DNA from: an uncultured cyanobacterium
Lineage (GTDB): Bacteria > Cyanobacteriota > Cyanobacteriia > Cyanobacteriales > Cyanobacteriaceae
Assembly: GCA_963749915.1 (NCBI GenBank)
Contig: CAVVOP010000021.1
Location: 608,001 to 672,000 of the forward strand
Direction: 5' to 3'
Length of the DNA stretch: 64,000 nucleotides
The notes beneath the pieces are model-generated. The model was not told the DNA's origin. It made no database searches and saw only the letters and a program-made list of their open reading frames with translations. Positions 21,392-31,387 of this stretch are shown here, one piece after another. The first letter of the stretch is position 1. The number at the start of each line of letters is the position of its first letter. The translations under genes and the position numbers were made by a program.

Positions 21392-22036
21392 ATGACTGTT
21401 ATTGCTGTAATTGATTATGATATGGGAAATTTGCATTCTGCTTGTAAGGGTTTAGAAAAAGCCGGGGCAATACCTAAAATTACAGATTCTCCCTTCGAAA
21501 TTGCCCAAGCAGATGGTGTGGTTTTACCCGGTGTGGGTTCTTTTGATCCGGCTATGCAACATCTCAAGGAAAGGGATTTAATTGAGCCCATCAAACAAGC
21601 GGTTAAAGGCAGTAAACCTTTTTTGGGCATTTGTTTAGGGTTACAGATTTTATTTGAGGCTTCGGAGGAAGGGCAAGAAGAAGGTTTAGGTATTATTAAA
21701 GGCAAGGTAAGGCGTTTTCGATCTGAACCCAATTTGACAATTCCTCACATGGGTTGGAATATCCTCCATTTAACTCAAAATAATCATTCTTTGTGGCAAA
21801 ATCTTCCTCTTGATCCTTATCTCTATTTTGTACATTCTTATTATGTTGATCCCATTGATTCTAATATAATTTCTGGGGAAGTTACTCACGGCTCACAAAA
21901 AGTAACAGCAGCGATCGCAAAAGATAACTTAATGGCGGTACAATTTCACCCCGAAAAGTCATCAGATTATGGTTTACAAATATTAACTAACTTTGTCAAA
22001 CTAGTGACAGAGTGCGGAAATAAAACGAGAGTCTAA
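21392..22036 (+). CDS. hisH: Imidazole glycerol phosphate synthase glutaminase subunit
   Basis: DYDMGNLHS, LPGVGSF, GICLGLQ, FVHSY and QFHPEKS motifs. Confidence 0.96.
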   Translation: MTVIAVIDYDMGNLHSACKGLEKAGAIPKITDSPFEIAQADGVVLPGVGSFDPAMQHLKERDLIEPIKQAVKGSKPFLGICLGLQILFEASEEGQEEGLGIIKGKVRRFRSEPNLTIPHMGWNILHLTQNNHSLWQNLPLDPYLYFVHSYYVDPIDSNIISGEVTHGSQKVTAAIAKDNLMAVQFHPEKSSDYGLQILTNFVKLVTECGNKTRV

Positions 22037-22060
22037 AATCTGACTTTTCACGGCATCTTG
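22029..22060 (-). mobile_element. IS terminal inverted repeat (IS701-like), copy 1, at the left island border
   Basis: CTGACTTTTCACGGCATCTT, near-identical to copies at 32249-32270 and 32781-32802. Confidence 0.65.
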
Positions 22061-22061
22061 A

Positions 22062-22175
22062 ATTGCTTGCCGCCATGAGAGCTGGATTAGCCGAGAATCC
22101 CCGGGGTTGGTATTAGATATTTTGTGCGAAGAAGTCGGGACAAACCTTCTCGAATCTTTTCTGGACGGAGGCTGA
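22062..22175 (+). pseudogene. Possible 3' remnant of an unknown gene cut by the IS end
   Basis: Open frame IACRHESWISRESPGLVLDILCEEVGTNLLESFLDGG-stop without a start codon. Confidence 0.3.
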
Positions 22176-22242
22176 TCATTTCTGGAGATTCTCGTTCCTA
22201 AACCTCCTGAAAAATACACGCAGTCACCTGAACTGCTGGCAC

Positions 22243-22270
22243 TTTTAGATTTGCGATCGCAAATCTAAAA
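22243..22270. repeat. 28-bp perfect palindrome centred on HIP1
   Basis: TTTTAGATTT-GCGATCGC-AAATCTAAAA; second HIP1 at 22273-22280. Confidence 0.9.
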
Positions 22271-22499
22271 AGGCGATCGCTTTCTTGAGGTAAATTGTTA
22301 GCCTCTTTTCGTAACATGAAAACCCGTGATCTTGAGACTCAAAACCATCGCTCTCAATTGATCAACATGAATCAACAGTTATTTTGACTCTCTTTTTAAT
22401 AGTACAAATCAACGTATTGAAAGGGCTGCCCACATGACCTTAGTAATAAAAATCTATATTTGGAGTTAACCATCGTATTTCTTTATTAGGCAAGAACAC

Positions 22500-23183
22500 T
22501 TATTCTACTTGTTTCTTCCTAACTATTCCTGCAATATGAGGACTGACAACAGGAAAAGCCAGTTTAAATTCATAGTAATTAACAGTTTCAAATCCTATCT
22601 GTTCAAGAATGCTCCAAGTTTCACGATTAGGATGGCAGTTATCAAACAAAGTTTTCCAAACTGGTTCGATCCCATTTTGAACTCTCCTTGTCCAAGTGCC
22701 AGATTTCCCAGCAACGTGTTCAATAAAGATCAAATTGCTTCCCGGTTTGAGCACACGTTTAATTTCTTGAAGACTATGATGAAGATCCCTTACGGAACAA
22801 AGAACGTGGGTACTAACAACATGATCTATACTTTCATCTTTTACAGGTAAATCCTCTGCTGTTCCTTGACACAATTCGATATGAGAAAGTCCTTGCTGCT
22901 GTGCTTCTCGTTCTAGGTAAGGATGCATAAAGGGATTCGGCTCGACACCAATCCAATGAATATTGTCATTATAATAAGCAAGATTTGCTCCCGCACCAGG
23001 ACCGATTTCTAATACTTGATGCTGTAAATTTCCTAATAATGCCTGTTTGAGTTCTCCTAAACTTTGATAATCAAGGCAATCGATTAGCTTAATTCCATGA
23101 GCATCAGCTTTATTCGCTTTTGCCATACCCCAAGCAAATAAGCGTTTTTGAATAGTTGAAAGATTCATATTTCTCTGTTTCAT
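22500..23183 (-). CDS. Class I SAM-dependent methyltransferase
   Basis: VLEIGPGAGANL, GVEPN, AEDLP, HVLCSV, RVLKPG and CHPNR motifs. Confidence 0.9.
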   Translation of the reverse strand: MKQRNMNLSTIQKRLFAWGMAKANKADAHGIKLIDCLDYQSLGELKQALLGNLQHQVLEIGPGAGANLAYYNDNIHWIGVEPNPFMHPYLEREAQQQGLSHIELCQGTAEDLPVKDESIDHVVSTHVLCSVRDLHHSLQEIKRVLKPGSNLIFIEHVAGKSGTWTRRVQNGIEPVWKTLFDNCHPNRETWSILEQIGFETVNYYEFKLAFPVVSPHIAGIVRKKQVE

Positions 23184-23263
23184 AATCTTTATTCTAAATA
23201 TGAATTTTGTTTTTTTGAATTTTGACTTTTGAATTTTGAATTCTCCGTATCTAAGCTTATTAC

Positions 23264-24250
23264 TTACTCAAGTTGTGCTTCCATTACAGGTAGCCCAAAG
23301 ATTTTGTCAGTTAATTGGACGTACCAAGCGGCAGATTGCACTTGGATGATATAACCCATGGCAATTATTAAGGCGATTTCTGAACCTTTTTCCGAACCAA
23401 ATACAGTAATAGCGATCGCTAAAGCAATAGAAAGATTCCGCATCACTGTGCCGTAAACTAGGGCAATGGCGTCTTCTCGATTAAATAGAGCTTTACCAAT
23501 TAGGGTACTGAGTAGAAAATTAGCACCATAAATAATCAGTAACGGTATGAAGAAAGAGAGAACTTCTAGGGGATTATTGACAATGGACTTGGCTTTCAAT
23601 GCCATGGCCACAAATACAATGCCTAACACACCAATAGTGGAAAATACGGGAAACTTTTGCTTGAGGTTTCTGTTATATTTACTTTCCCCCACGGTAGCGA
23701 TGAGAATTCTTTTGGTAACAAATCCCAATAACATCGGTAGAAAGACAATGATCGCGATTTGTTGAAAAACATCTACTAAAGGTATTTCAACTACCGTACC
23801 CATCAAGAATTTAGCATAAAGAGGGGTAGCCAAAGAGCCAGCGATTAAGCCGATAACGGTCATTTTGATCGCAGCGTTGAGATTTCCTTTAGCAAAACCA
23901 GTCCAAGAAATAGTCATGCCACTGGTGGGAAGTAGGGAGGTGAGCAATAGTCCCAATAATACTAAAGGTTGATCATTAAAAAATAACTTGCCAATGCCAA
24001 AAGCGAAAAAAGGTATGATCGCAAAATTGATTAATTGGGTAATAGCTTGTAGTTTAAAATCTCCCCCAGAAAAAACTTTGGCAATCTGGAGATTAATCAT
24101 CATCGGATAAACCATCAAAAAAGTCAGAGGGATAATCGCCGCTTTGAGGAAACTTGCATCAAACAACGAGCCAAAGATAATCCCTGCAATCATAAAGGCA
24201 GGAACCGACCAAATCAAATTGTTTTTGAGGGCGGATAATATTTTCCACAT
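23264..24250 (-). CDS. Acr3/SBF (bile acid:sodium symporter) family transporter
   Basis: About 10 TM segments, MVYPMM, PTSGMTISWTGFAKGN and RNLSIALAIA motifs. Confidence 0.85.
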   Translation of the reverse strand: MWKILSALKNNLIWSVPAFMIAGIIFGSLFDASFLKAAIIPLTFLMVYPMMINLQIAKVFSGGDFKLQAITQLINFAIIPFFAFGIGKLFFNDQPLVLLGLLLTSLLPTSGMTISWTGFAKGNLNAAIKMTVIGLIAGSLATPLYAKFLMGTVVEIPLVDVFQQIAIIVFLPMLLGFVTKRILIATVGESKYNRNLKQKFPVFSTIGVLGIVFVAMALKAKSIVNNPLEVLSFFIPLLIIYGANFLLSTLIGKALFNREDAIALVYGTVMRNLSIALAIAITVFGSEKGSEIALIIAMGYIIQVQSAAWYVQLTDKIFGLPVMEAQLE

Positions 24251-24320
24251 AAACTTAAATTCCTGTTCATTAGTTAACTTGAAATGTTATTGCTAATAGT
24301 TTTAGTTTTTATCTATGATT

Positions 24321-24695
24321 TCATTTGCCTTGGCAAGTAGGAAGCCCCAGTCGTCGCCATTCCATCATGCCTCCAGTGACATTGTAAACCTTGGTAAATC
24401 CAGCTTTAATAAGTTGTTCAGCGGCGATGGGACTGCGGTGAGCTGTCAAACAAATTAAGGCCACCGGTTCATCTTTAGGTAATTCCTGAAACCATTGCGG
24501 TAAAACCCGAGGACGTAGCCAAGAATTACTAGCCATCAAAATTCGAGGAAGACTAAGATTGACGGCTTTAGGAGCATGAAACAGAGCATACTCAAAACTA
24601 CTGCGAACATCGATTAAGGAAGGTGGGTTGCTTCGTTGAATTAGTTCCTTCGGTGAGATGTCGATAACTTGAGGTGAAGAATTAATAAATATCAT
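24321..24695 (-). CDS. Rhodanese-like sulfurtransferase
   Basis: IDVRS..EY, CLTAHRS active-site loop, GGMMEW. Confidence 0.9.
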   Translation of the reverse strand: MIFINSSPQVIDISPKELIQRSNPPSLIDVRSSFEYALFHAPKAVNLSLPRILMASNSWLRPRVLPQWFQELPKDEPVALICLTAHRSPIAAEQLIKAGFTKVYNVTGGMMEWRRLGLPTCQGK

Positions 24696-24869
24696 TTAAA
24701 AATCTTTTTAATTTGGTATGTAAATATTTTTGTGAGCTTGTCTGTGGCAGACGAAGTCAGGAGAGAAAAAAGAAATACTTAGGGTGAATTGTTTACACTT
24801 CTTTCTCTCTAACCATTCATTAAAGTAAAAATAGACTGGTTAATGCTTTATCTACAAATGATGTAGATA

Positions 24870-25259
24870 TTACAGTAACTTAGGAAAATTATGAGTATTA
24901 GGCGCGTGCATCGCTTGAATGCCTAAATTAGCCCGGTTAAGCAAATCAGCATCAGTTCTGATTACTTGACCATTACTATCTAAAATGGAATGATTGAAAT
25001 TAAATCCATTGAGATTAAAAGCTATGCTACCAATTCCTAAGCTGGCAAACCAAATTCCCACAGTCGGTAAAGCGGCTAAAAGGAAATGCACTGAGCGACT
25101 GTTACGAAAAGCTAGTGAAGGAAACAGTAAGCGACCGAGATAACCGACATGACCAGCTAATAAATTATAAGTCACTTCGTGCTGACCAAATTGATACCCA
25201 TGCATATGAAATGGGTGCATTAAAACATTTTCGGAACGACGTTTAATTAAAGTAGTCAT
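24870..25259 (-). pseudogene. psbA: Internally deleted rogue-type D1 (psbA), 129-aa open frame
   Basis: MTT..RR start fused to NVLMHPFHM, fused to [52 protein letters not shown]. Confidence 0.85.
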
Positions 25260-25298
25260 AAGAGATACTCCTATCTAAACTATTAGGGTCAAAATTTG

Positions 25299-25796
25299 TT
25301 AAACCCACCAAGGTTTTTTCCCTGTACGGGGGTCAGTTTCTGTCCAAGGAGAAATGCGAATATAGTCTCCTTCAACTGTTATATGAGCAAGTTGTAAAGG
25401 AAGAGGTGCAGGGCCTCTTATCACTCTTCCTTCATCATCATAACGAGAACCGTGACAAGGACATTGAAATTGATTGTCATTCCCATTCCAAGGAAAAGTA
25501 CAACCTAAGTGGGTACAATTATCGAGAATTCCCCAAGGGTGTAGCGTCCCATCTTCTTTGATAGTTAGATAGGTGGGTTCTCCAGCTAATCCTGCCACTA
25601 AAGCACGAGTTCCAGAGGGTTCGGCTAAAATTTGACTAGCAGGAATTAGATTGCCGTTGATATCTTTTGCCAAGATTGAACCATCTTCCCCAATTTCGGA
25701 AAGGGGGACAAAATATTTAGTTACAGGATATAAGACACTGGCTAAAATCAAACGAATTAAGCGATCGACTGTACCGATATTATTGAACATGGTCAT
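25299..25796 (-). CDS. petC: Rieske Fe-S protein (PetC-type) with a chimeric DUF2892-like N-terminus
   Basis: CTHLGC, CPCHGS, GPAPLPL and PWTETDPRTG..PWW; N-terminus NIGTVDRLIRLIL is DUF2892/YgaP-like. Confidence 0.85.
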   Translation of the reverse strand: MTMFNNIGTVDRLIRLILASVLYPVTKYFVPLSEIGEDGSILAKDINGNLIPASQILAEPSGTRALVAGLAGEPTYLTIKEDGTLHPWGILDNCTHLGCTFPWNGNDNQFQCPCHGSRYDDEGRVIRGPAPLPLQLAHITVEGDYIRISPWTETDPRTGKKPWWV

Positions 25797-25836
25797 TTTC
25801 TCTTTAAATTTATTTTTTTGATTTGTAGATATCTAA

Positions 25837-26247
25837 TTAACTTTGAGTGACTAACTTAGGTGAACCCAAGCTTTCTATTACCCTTTGCATCTTTTGACTG
25901 GCACCTAGGGCAATTTCTTTTGCCTTAAGACTATGTATAGTCAAAAACATGATCAAGGGATCAACAGCTGAGACTTCAACGGTGCCATCTTCATGTTCCT
26001 GGACAACGACATTGCAAGGATAAAAGACACCTGCTTTATCGTCGGTTTGGAGCATTTGGTAAGCAATTACAGGGTGGCAAGCACCGAGAATTTTATACTT
26101 ACGAAAATCTACATCTATTTTCTTTTTTAAGGTTGCTTGGACATCTATTTCGGTAAGAACGCCCATTCCTTCTTCTTTGAGAGCATTAGTTACTTGAGTA
26201 ATTGCCTCTTCAAAGGATGTATCTAAAACTTTGCTGAAATGATTCAT
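25837..26247 (-). CDS. DUF302 domain protein
   Basis: GVLTEIDVQATLKKK, ILGACHP, PCNVVV and VSAVDP motifs. Confidence 0.9.
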   Translation of the reverse strand: MNHFSKVLDTSFEEAITQVTNALKEEGMGVLTEIDVQATLKKKIDVDFRKYKILGACHPVIAYQMLQTDDKAGVFYPCNVVVQEHEDGTVEVSAVDPLIMFLTIHSLKAKEIALGASQKMQRVIESLGSPKLVTQS

Positions 26248-26440
26248 TTATGATGCCTTGTTCTTTTGAGAGTTTATATGAGAGAAACTTTAGATTTCCT
26301 AATTCAAGTATATAACTACTTAGCAATTTAGTCAAGTGGTGGGATGAATAAATATTTACACGACTTGGCAAGTTATCGAAATTTAGATATTAAGTTTTAT
26401 GGGCGATCGCTTTTGCTATCTGGAAAGAAGTAAATTAAAC

Positions 26441-26480
26441 AAAATGCATACTTAACCATACAGTTAAGTACGCTAAAAAA
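26441..26480. terminator. Hairpin downstream of cydB
   Basis: TACTTAAC-CATACA-GTTAAGTA flanked by A-runs. Confidence 0.5.
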
Positions 26481-26499
26481 GGCAAAATCTCAATATAAA

Positions 26500-27501
26500 C
26501 TATTCCATCGTCACTTTACCTCTGAAGACAAAATAATTGTAAATATTATAGAAAAGCATAATAGGAATCAAAAAACCAATGAAAATCAACATAAAAACTA
26601 GAGAACTAGGAGAAGCCGCCGCTTCATAGATAGTAATACTTGGAGGAATAATATAGGGGAATACCACCAAAGCCAAACCGAAGAAAGTCAATAAGAAAAT
26701 TAAGATAGTCAAAACAAAGGGTGCTGTTTCTTGTTTTTTGCTTAAACTTCTCCACAACAAAGCAATTAAAATTACTCCTAAAATTGGGATGGCACCGAAA
26801 ATATAGATAAAAGGTTCGTCAAATAAACGTTCCCGAGCAAATAGAGAAAAAATAGGTGTGACAATTGTAATGACAATAGCTCCTAAAAGAGTTGTTATAG
26901 TAGCAATTTTGGCAGTTTTGTAATGGGTTTCCTGTAAGTTTCCAGAAGTTTTCATGATTAAATAACAAGAACCAATTAAAACGTAACCTTGAATTAAAGT
27001 TATCGCCACAACTACACTACGCCAATTAAACCAATCCCAGGTGCTACCGATAAAATGACCACTAGCATCAACATGAATTCCTTCAATTACTCCTGCCAGA
27101 GCAAATCCTTGCCCTAAAGTGGCCAGAAAACTACCGATTCCAAAAGTTAAATTCCAGATCAACTTATTGCGAGAATTTTCCCGAAATTCAAAAGAAACTG
27201 TCCTCAAACTTAAACCCAATACCATAATCATAATCGGTATATACAAAGCATTTAGAATAGTTCCGTAAGCTAACGGAAATGAACCAAACAAACTTCCTCC
27301 CATGAGAATTAACCAAGTTGCATTAGCATCCCAAACATTACTTAAACTAGTCATCAAAAGACTTCGCCTTTCTTCTGTCGAAGATGTCAGCGAGAGAATA
27401 CCCACTCCCAAATCAAAGCCATCCAGCATCACATACAAAAACAAAAATAAGGCTAAGATAGCGAACCAAACTAAAGGCAAAAAATAATTTAATGATTCCA
27501 T
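26500..27501 (-). CDS. cydB: Cytochrome bd ubiquinol oxidase subunit II
   Basis: LDGFDLGVG, VWDANATWL and FEFR motifs; ATG at 27501. Confidence 0.93.
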   Translation of the reverse strand: MESLNYFLPLVWFAILALFLFLYVMLDGFDLGVGILSLTSSTEERRSLLMTSLSNVWDANATWLILMGGSLFGSFPLAYGTILNALYIPIMIMVLGLSLRTVSFEFRENSRNKLIWNLTFGIGSFLATLGQGFALAGVIEGIHVDASGHFIGSTWDWFNWRSVVVAITLIQGYVLIGSCYLIMKTSGNLQETHYKTAKIATITTLLGAIVITIVTPIFSLFARERLFDEPFIYIFGAIPILGVILIALLWRSLSKKQETAPFVLTILIFLLTFFGLALVVFPYIIPPSITIYEAAASPSSLVFMLIFIGFLIPIMLFYNIYNYFVFRGKVTME

Positions 27502-27543
27502 AACTCTTGATTTTGCAAACAACTAATTTGAGAAAAACAACAT

Positions 27544-28974
27544 TTAAACAGGACGACTATTAGGAAGATGTTCTGCGGGTTCAATTTTCACAGGTGTGTT
27601 TGCAGATTCTCCGGGTAAAAGCAAAGTTAAATCAGGACCTTGACTGATAATGCGACTGGCAAAATACAAAGCGGAAAAGAAAAGCACTGTATATAAAATC
27701 ATAAAAATACTCAAAGAAGTGAGTACATCTGGTGCAGGAAGATTTGATACTGCATCAACTGTGCGAATTTCCCCATAAACAGTCCAAGGTTGTCTGCCAA
27801 CACAACGAACAATCCAACCAGACTCCACCGCTAAATACCCCAAAGGTGCAGTCCAAATCCAAGATATTAACAACCATTTCTGTTGACTGATATTTTCTGG
27901 AGCTAATTTTCCTCTCAACCACTGCACTACACTTACGAGCATAATGCCCACAAAAACGAAAGCAATGCCACTCATTAACCTAAAGGCATAGTAGATTAAA
28001 CCAATCATTTTAGGTCGATTTTCTGGTGCCCATTCTTTTAAACCCAGTACAGGTTCACTTAAACGAGGTTTAAATTCGAGAATATAGCCCAAAGCGTTAG
28101 GTATTTTTATTTCCCAACTGTTGCTTTCTGTTTTTTCATTGGGCAAAGCCAGTAAACTCCAATCAGCTTTTGCTCCTGCTGGAGTCGTTTCCCATTTGGC
28201 TTCCATGGCGGCTAACTTTGTTGGTTGATAGTGATATACTTGTTCAGCACTTAGATGTCCTACGTATATTTGTAACGGTGTAATGGCGATCGCCAGAGCT
28301 AAGACAATTTTCAGAGATTTAGCAAAAAAAGCTTGATTACGTTCTTTGAGAAGATACCAGGCACTAATACCACCAATCACAAACAAAGACGTTTCTAAGG
28401 TGGCTAAAAACATATGGGAGACGCTTTTGAGCATAAAAGGATTAAACATAGCGGCAAAATAATCCTTAACTAAAAATTTACCCTCAATAAATTCTCCTCC
28501 GGCTGGAGTTTGCATCCAAGAGTTAGCGATCAATATCCAGAAAGTGGAAAGATTAGCACCAATAGCAACACAAATGGTCGCGATATAATGAATCACAGGA
28601 TTTACCCGTTGCCAACCAAAAAGCATGATTCCTAAAAAACCAGCTTCTAACATGAAAGCCATGGTTGCTTCAAAACCCAACACACTACCGAAAAAATCCC
28701 CCACCGATTCAGAGAAAGGAGCCCAATTCGTACCAAACTGAAATGCCATCGGTGAGCCCGAAGCGACACCAATCCCAAAGTTCAAGACGTATAGTTTTGA
28801 CCAAAAACGAGCATGGTGATAATAGTCTTTGTTTTTGGTTTTTAACCATAGACCTTCTACGATGACAAGGTAAATAGCCATTCCTGTGGTTAATACTGGC
28901 CACAACATATGAAAAATAGCAGTAAAGGCAAACTGCATTCTCGATAAAACAAGAGTGTCAGAAAGAAAATCCAT
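27544..28974 (-). CDS. cydA: Cytochrome bd ubiquinol oxidase subunit I
   Basis: SRMQFA..FH, FQFGTNW, NSWMQTP, QPTKLAAME and GRQPW motifs. Confidence 0.95.
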   Translation of the reverse strand: MDFLSDTLVLSRMQFAFTAIFHMLWPVLTTGMAIYLVIVEGLWLKTKNKDYYHHARFWSKLYVLNFGIGVASGSPMAFQFGTNWAPFSESVGDFFGSVLGFEATMAFMLEAGFLGIMLFGWQRVNPVIHYIATICVAIGANLSTFWILIANSWMQTPAGGEFIEGKFLVKDYFAAMFNPFMLKSVSHMFLATLETSLFVIGGISAWYLLKERNQAFFAKSLKIVLALAIAITPLQIYVGHLSAEQVYHYQPTKLAAMEAKWETTPAGAKADWSLLALPNEKTESNSWEIKIPNALGYILEFKPRLSEPVLGLKEWAPENRPKMIGLIYYAFRLMSGIAFVFVGIMLVSVVQWLRGKLAPENISQQKWLLISWIWTAPLGYLAVESGWIVRCVGRQPWTVYGEIRTVDAVSNLPAPDVLTSLSIFMILYTVLFFSALYFASRIISQGPDLTLLLPGESANTPVKIEPAEHLPNSRPV

Positions 28975-29167
28975 AATTATTGAATTTGTAATCTCTTTTT
29001 CTTAATCGCTTTACTTCTCATTCTATCGATTTCTCTTGGTTTGTCACCCATTTTTCCTTAATTAATTTGTCAAAGTTACATTACATAAAAGATGTTTGAC
29101 TTATAGTAAAAGTTCATATTGTCAATCTGTCTTTCTACCAACTTCCAGAAGTATCATCTTAATTTTC

Positions 29168-29220
29168 TTGACGAATTGTCAAAACCTGCTATTATAATTA
29201 TATAACTTATCACTTATATA
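29168..29220 (+). promoter_or_regulatory. Putative sqr promoter with palindromic operators
   Basis: TTGAC-GAATT-GTCAA (29168-29182), TATAAT near 29193, TATATAA-N8-TTATATA (29199-29220). Confidence 0.45.
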
Positions 29221-29264
29221 GTTGAATTAAGTAATTTTCAAGTAAAAATAAGAGGAATGTATCA

Positions 29265-30596
29265 ATGGCTAAGGTTGTAGTAATTGGGGGCGGGTTAGGA
29301 GGATTACCGACAGTTTATGAGTTGAGACATTATTTGCCTAGAGAACATACCGTAACCCTGATTTCTGATAAATCTCAATTTACTTTTATTCCGGGATTAA
29401 TTCGAGTGGCCTTGAATCTTAATTCCCTAGAACATATTCAACTAGATTTAAGTCAGTTGACACAGCGACATGGTATTGAATGGGTATCGGGGAAAGTTAC
29501 TGCCCTCAATCCAGACACCCAAGAAATTACCGTAGAAGAAAATCAAACCATTAATTACGATTATTTGGCGCTCGCCACAGGAGCATCATTGGCATTTGAA
29601 GAAATGCCAGGATTAGGTCCTCATGGGGGTTATACCCAGTCAGTCTGTACCCCTGATCATGCTCTAGAAGCAAGGGAAGCTTGGTTGAAATTTCTGAAAG
29701 ACCCAGGACCTTTAGTAGTAGGTGCCATGCCCGGGGCAGGATGTTTTGGTCCTGCCTATGAGTTTGTCTTGATGGCAGACTGGGAATTACGTCGTCACGG
29801 CATCAGAGACAAAGTCGAGATTACCTACATTACCCCCGAACCATATATAGGTCATACAGGAGTGGGAGGACTGAAAAATGCCCAAAAACTATCGGAAGAA
29901 TTGATGGCAGAAAGAAGAATAAAGACGATCGCCAATGCTAGAATTAGTAATATAGAAGCAAACAAAATTAGTTTAGCTGATGGTCGTCAGTTTCCCTTTA
30001 AATATTCCATGATTCTGCCTTCGTTTCGTGGAGTTAAGTTTCTGCAACAAGTCCCAGGATTAACCAACGAAAAAGGATTTGTGCCCATATTACCCTCTCA
30101 GAGACATCCAGATTATCCTTCTATTTATGCTTTGGGAGTAAGCGTTGATTTGAAACAACCTGACAAAACGACTGTACCTATAGGCTTACCGAAAAGTGGA
30201 CAAATGACTGAAGCCATGGGAACAGCAGTAGCTCATAATATTGCGGTGGAACTGGGAGCCATTAAATCACCATTAACCTCACCAACTCTAGAAGCTCTTT
30301 GTTTTGCCGAGTATGGTAACACTGGTATTGCCTATATTGCTGCTCCTGTCTTACCCAATCCTGTTACTGGTAAACGCCGATATTCTTATGCTGTAAGGGG
30401 ACGCTGGGTAAATTGGGTCAAAGCAGCTTTTGAAGAATATTTTCTGCTAAAAATGCGATGGGGCTTAGGAATGCCTTGGTTTGAGAAATTGGGACTCCAT
30501 CTACTATTTGGACTATCGATGTTGCAATCTCTGCAAGCTTCTGAAGAACATGATCTGAGAATCATCGGCAACAATCAAGAGATGCTTAAGAGTTAA
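29265..30596 (+). CDS. sqr: Sulfide:quinone oxidoreductase-like FAD-dependent oxidoreductase
   Basis: GGGLGG FAD motif, QSVC, GCFGPAYEF, TPEPYIGH, PKSGQM and LCFAE (both redox Cys present). Confidence 0.8.
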   Translation: MAKVVVIGGGLGGLPTVYELRHYLPREHTVTLISDKSQFTFIPGLIRVALNLNSLEHIQLDLSQLTQRHGIEWVSGKVTALNPDTQEITVEENQTINYDYLALATGASLAFEEMPGLGPHGGYTQSVCTPDHALEAREAWLKFLKDPGPLVVGAMPGAGCFGPAYEFVLMADWELRRHGIRDKVEITYITPEPYIGHTGVGGLKNAQKLSEELMAERRIKTIANARISNIEANKISLADGRQFPFKYSMILPSFRGVKFLQQVPGLTNEKGFVPILPSQRHPDYPSIYALGVSVDLKQPDKTTVPIGLPKSGQMTEAMGTAVAHNIAVELGAIKSPLTSPTLEALCFAEYGNTGIAYIAAPVLPNPVTGKRRYSYAVRGRWVNWVKAAFEEYFLLKMRWGLGMPWFEKLGLHLLFGLSMLQSLQASEEHDLRIIGNNQEMLKS

Positions 30597-30647
30597 ACAT
30601 CATTTGTTCTTTGAACTTGTCAATTACTAAAATTAAGCAAACTTAAC

Positions 30648-30965
30648 ATGGACAAAACTCTGGAACTAAATCGATTAGAAAAGCTAGCATACCGTTTTAA
30701 AATTTTGAGCGAACCAAGTCGGCTAGGAATTATACAAGCAATTTGCGAATATGAACGTACTGTTAGTGAAATATGCGAGCGCACTCAATTAAATCAAGCT
30801 AATGTTTCCAAACACTTACAATTTCTCAAAATGGCTGGAGTGGTTGCTTGTCGGCGAGTCGGTAACTGTCGGTATTACCGCATCGTAGATTCAGATTTAC
30901 TTAAATTATGTAGAGAAGCTAATCGACAGTTAGGTCAGGAGCTTTCCATTTATTCAGCTTCATAA
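30648..30965 (+). CDS. ArsR/SmtB family regulator (several Cys, possible sulfide/persulfide sensor)
   Basis: FKILSEPSRL, QANVSKHL, VACRRVGNCRYY and LKLC motifs. Confidence 0.88.
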   Translation: MDKTLELNRLEKLAYRFKILSEPSRLGIIQAICEYERTVSEICERTQLNQANVSKHLQFLKMAGVVACRRVGNCRYYRIVDSDLLKLCREANRQLGQELSIYSAS

Positions 30966-31042
30966 CTTACTCAAATTACCAGTCTATTTTTTGAGTGAAA
31001 AATTAATGATTAATTGTTTTAACTTTATCGGAGGTATTTTCG

Positions 31043-31387
31043 ATGACGACTAAATTAGTAACCCACACCCTTAAAACTGGAAAACTTACAGCCATGAGTA
31101 ACGCTACCAGTATTACTGTGACAGGTCATCAAGTCTCAATCTTAGAAGACCAACCAGAACCAGGAAAAGAAGATCATTCTGCTATCCACTTAACCTTTGA
31201 GGTTGAACATCCCCAAAAACTACCCAGCCTCTTAGCCACTGCGGAGGAATTAGGTTTAATAATGGAGCGAGACGATGCCGTGGAGATTAGCTTATCACTG
31301 CTCGCCATGGCAATGGAAGATAAAACTCCTGCCGAAATAGAAAGCATTAAACAAAGACTATCAAGCATGATCGCAGAATTGCAATAG
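31043..31387 (+). CDS. Hypothetical protein
   Basis: 114-aa ORF with GGAGG RBS. Confidence 0.7.
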   Translation: MTTKLVTHTLKTGKLTAMSNATSITVTGHQVSILEDQPEPGKEDHSAIHLTFEVEHPQKLPSLLATAEELGLIMERDDAVEISLSLLAMAMEDKTPAEIESIKQRLSSMIAELQ

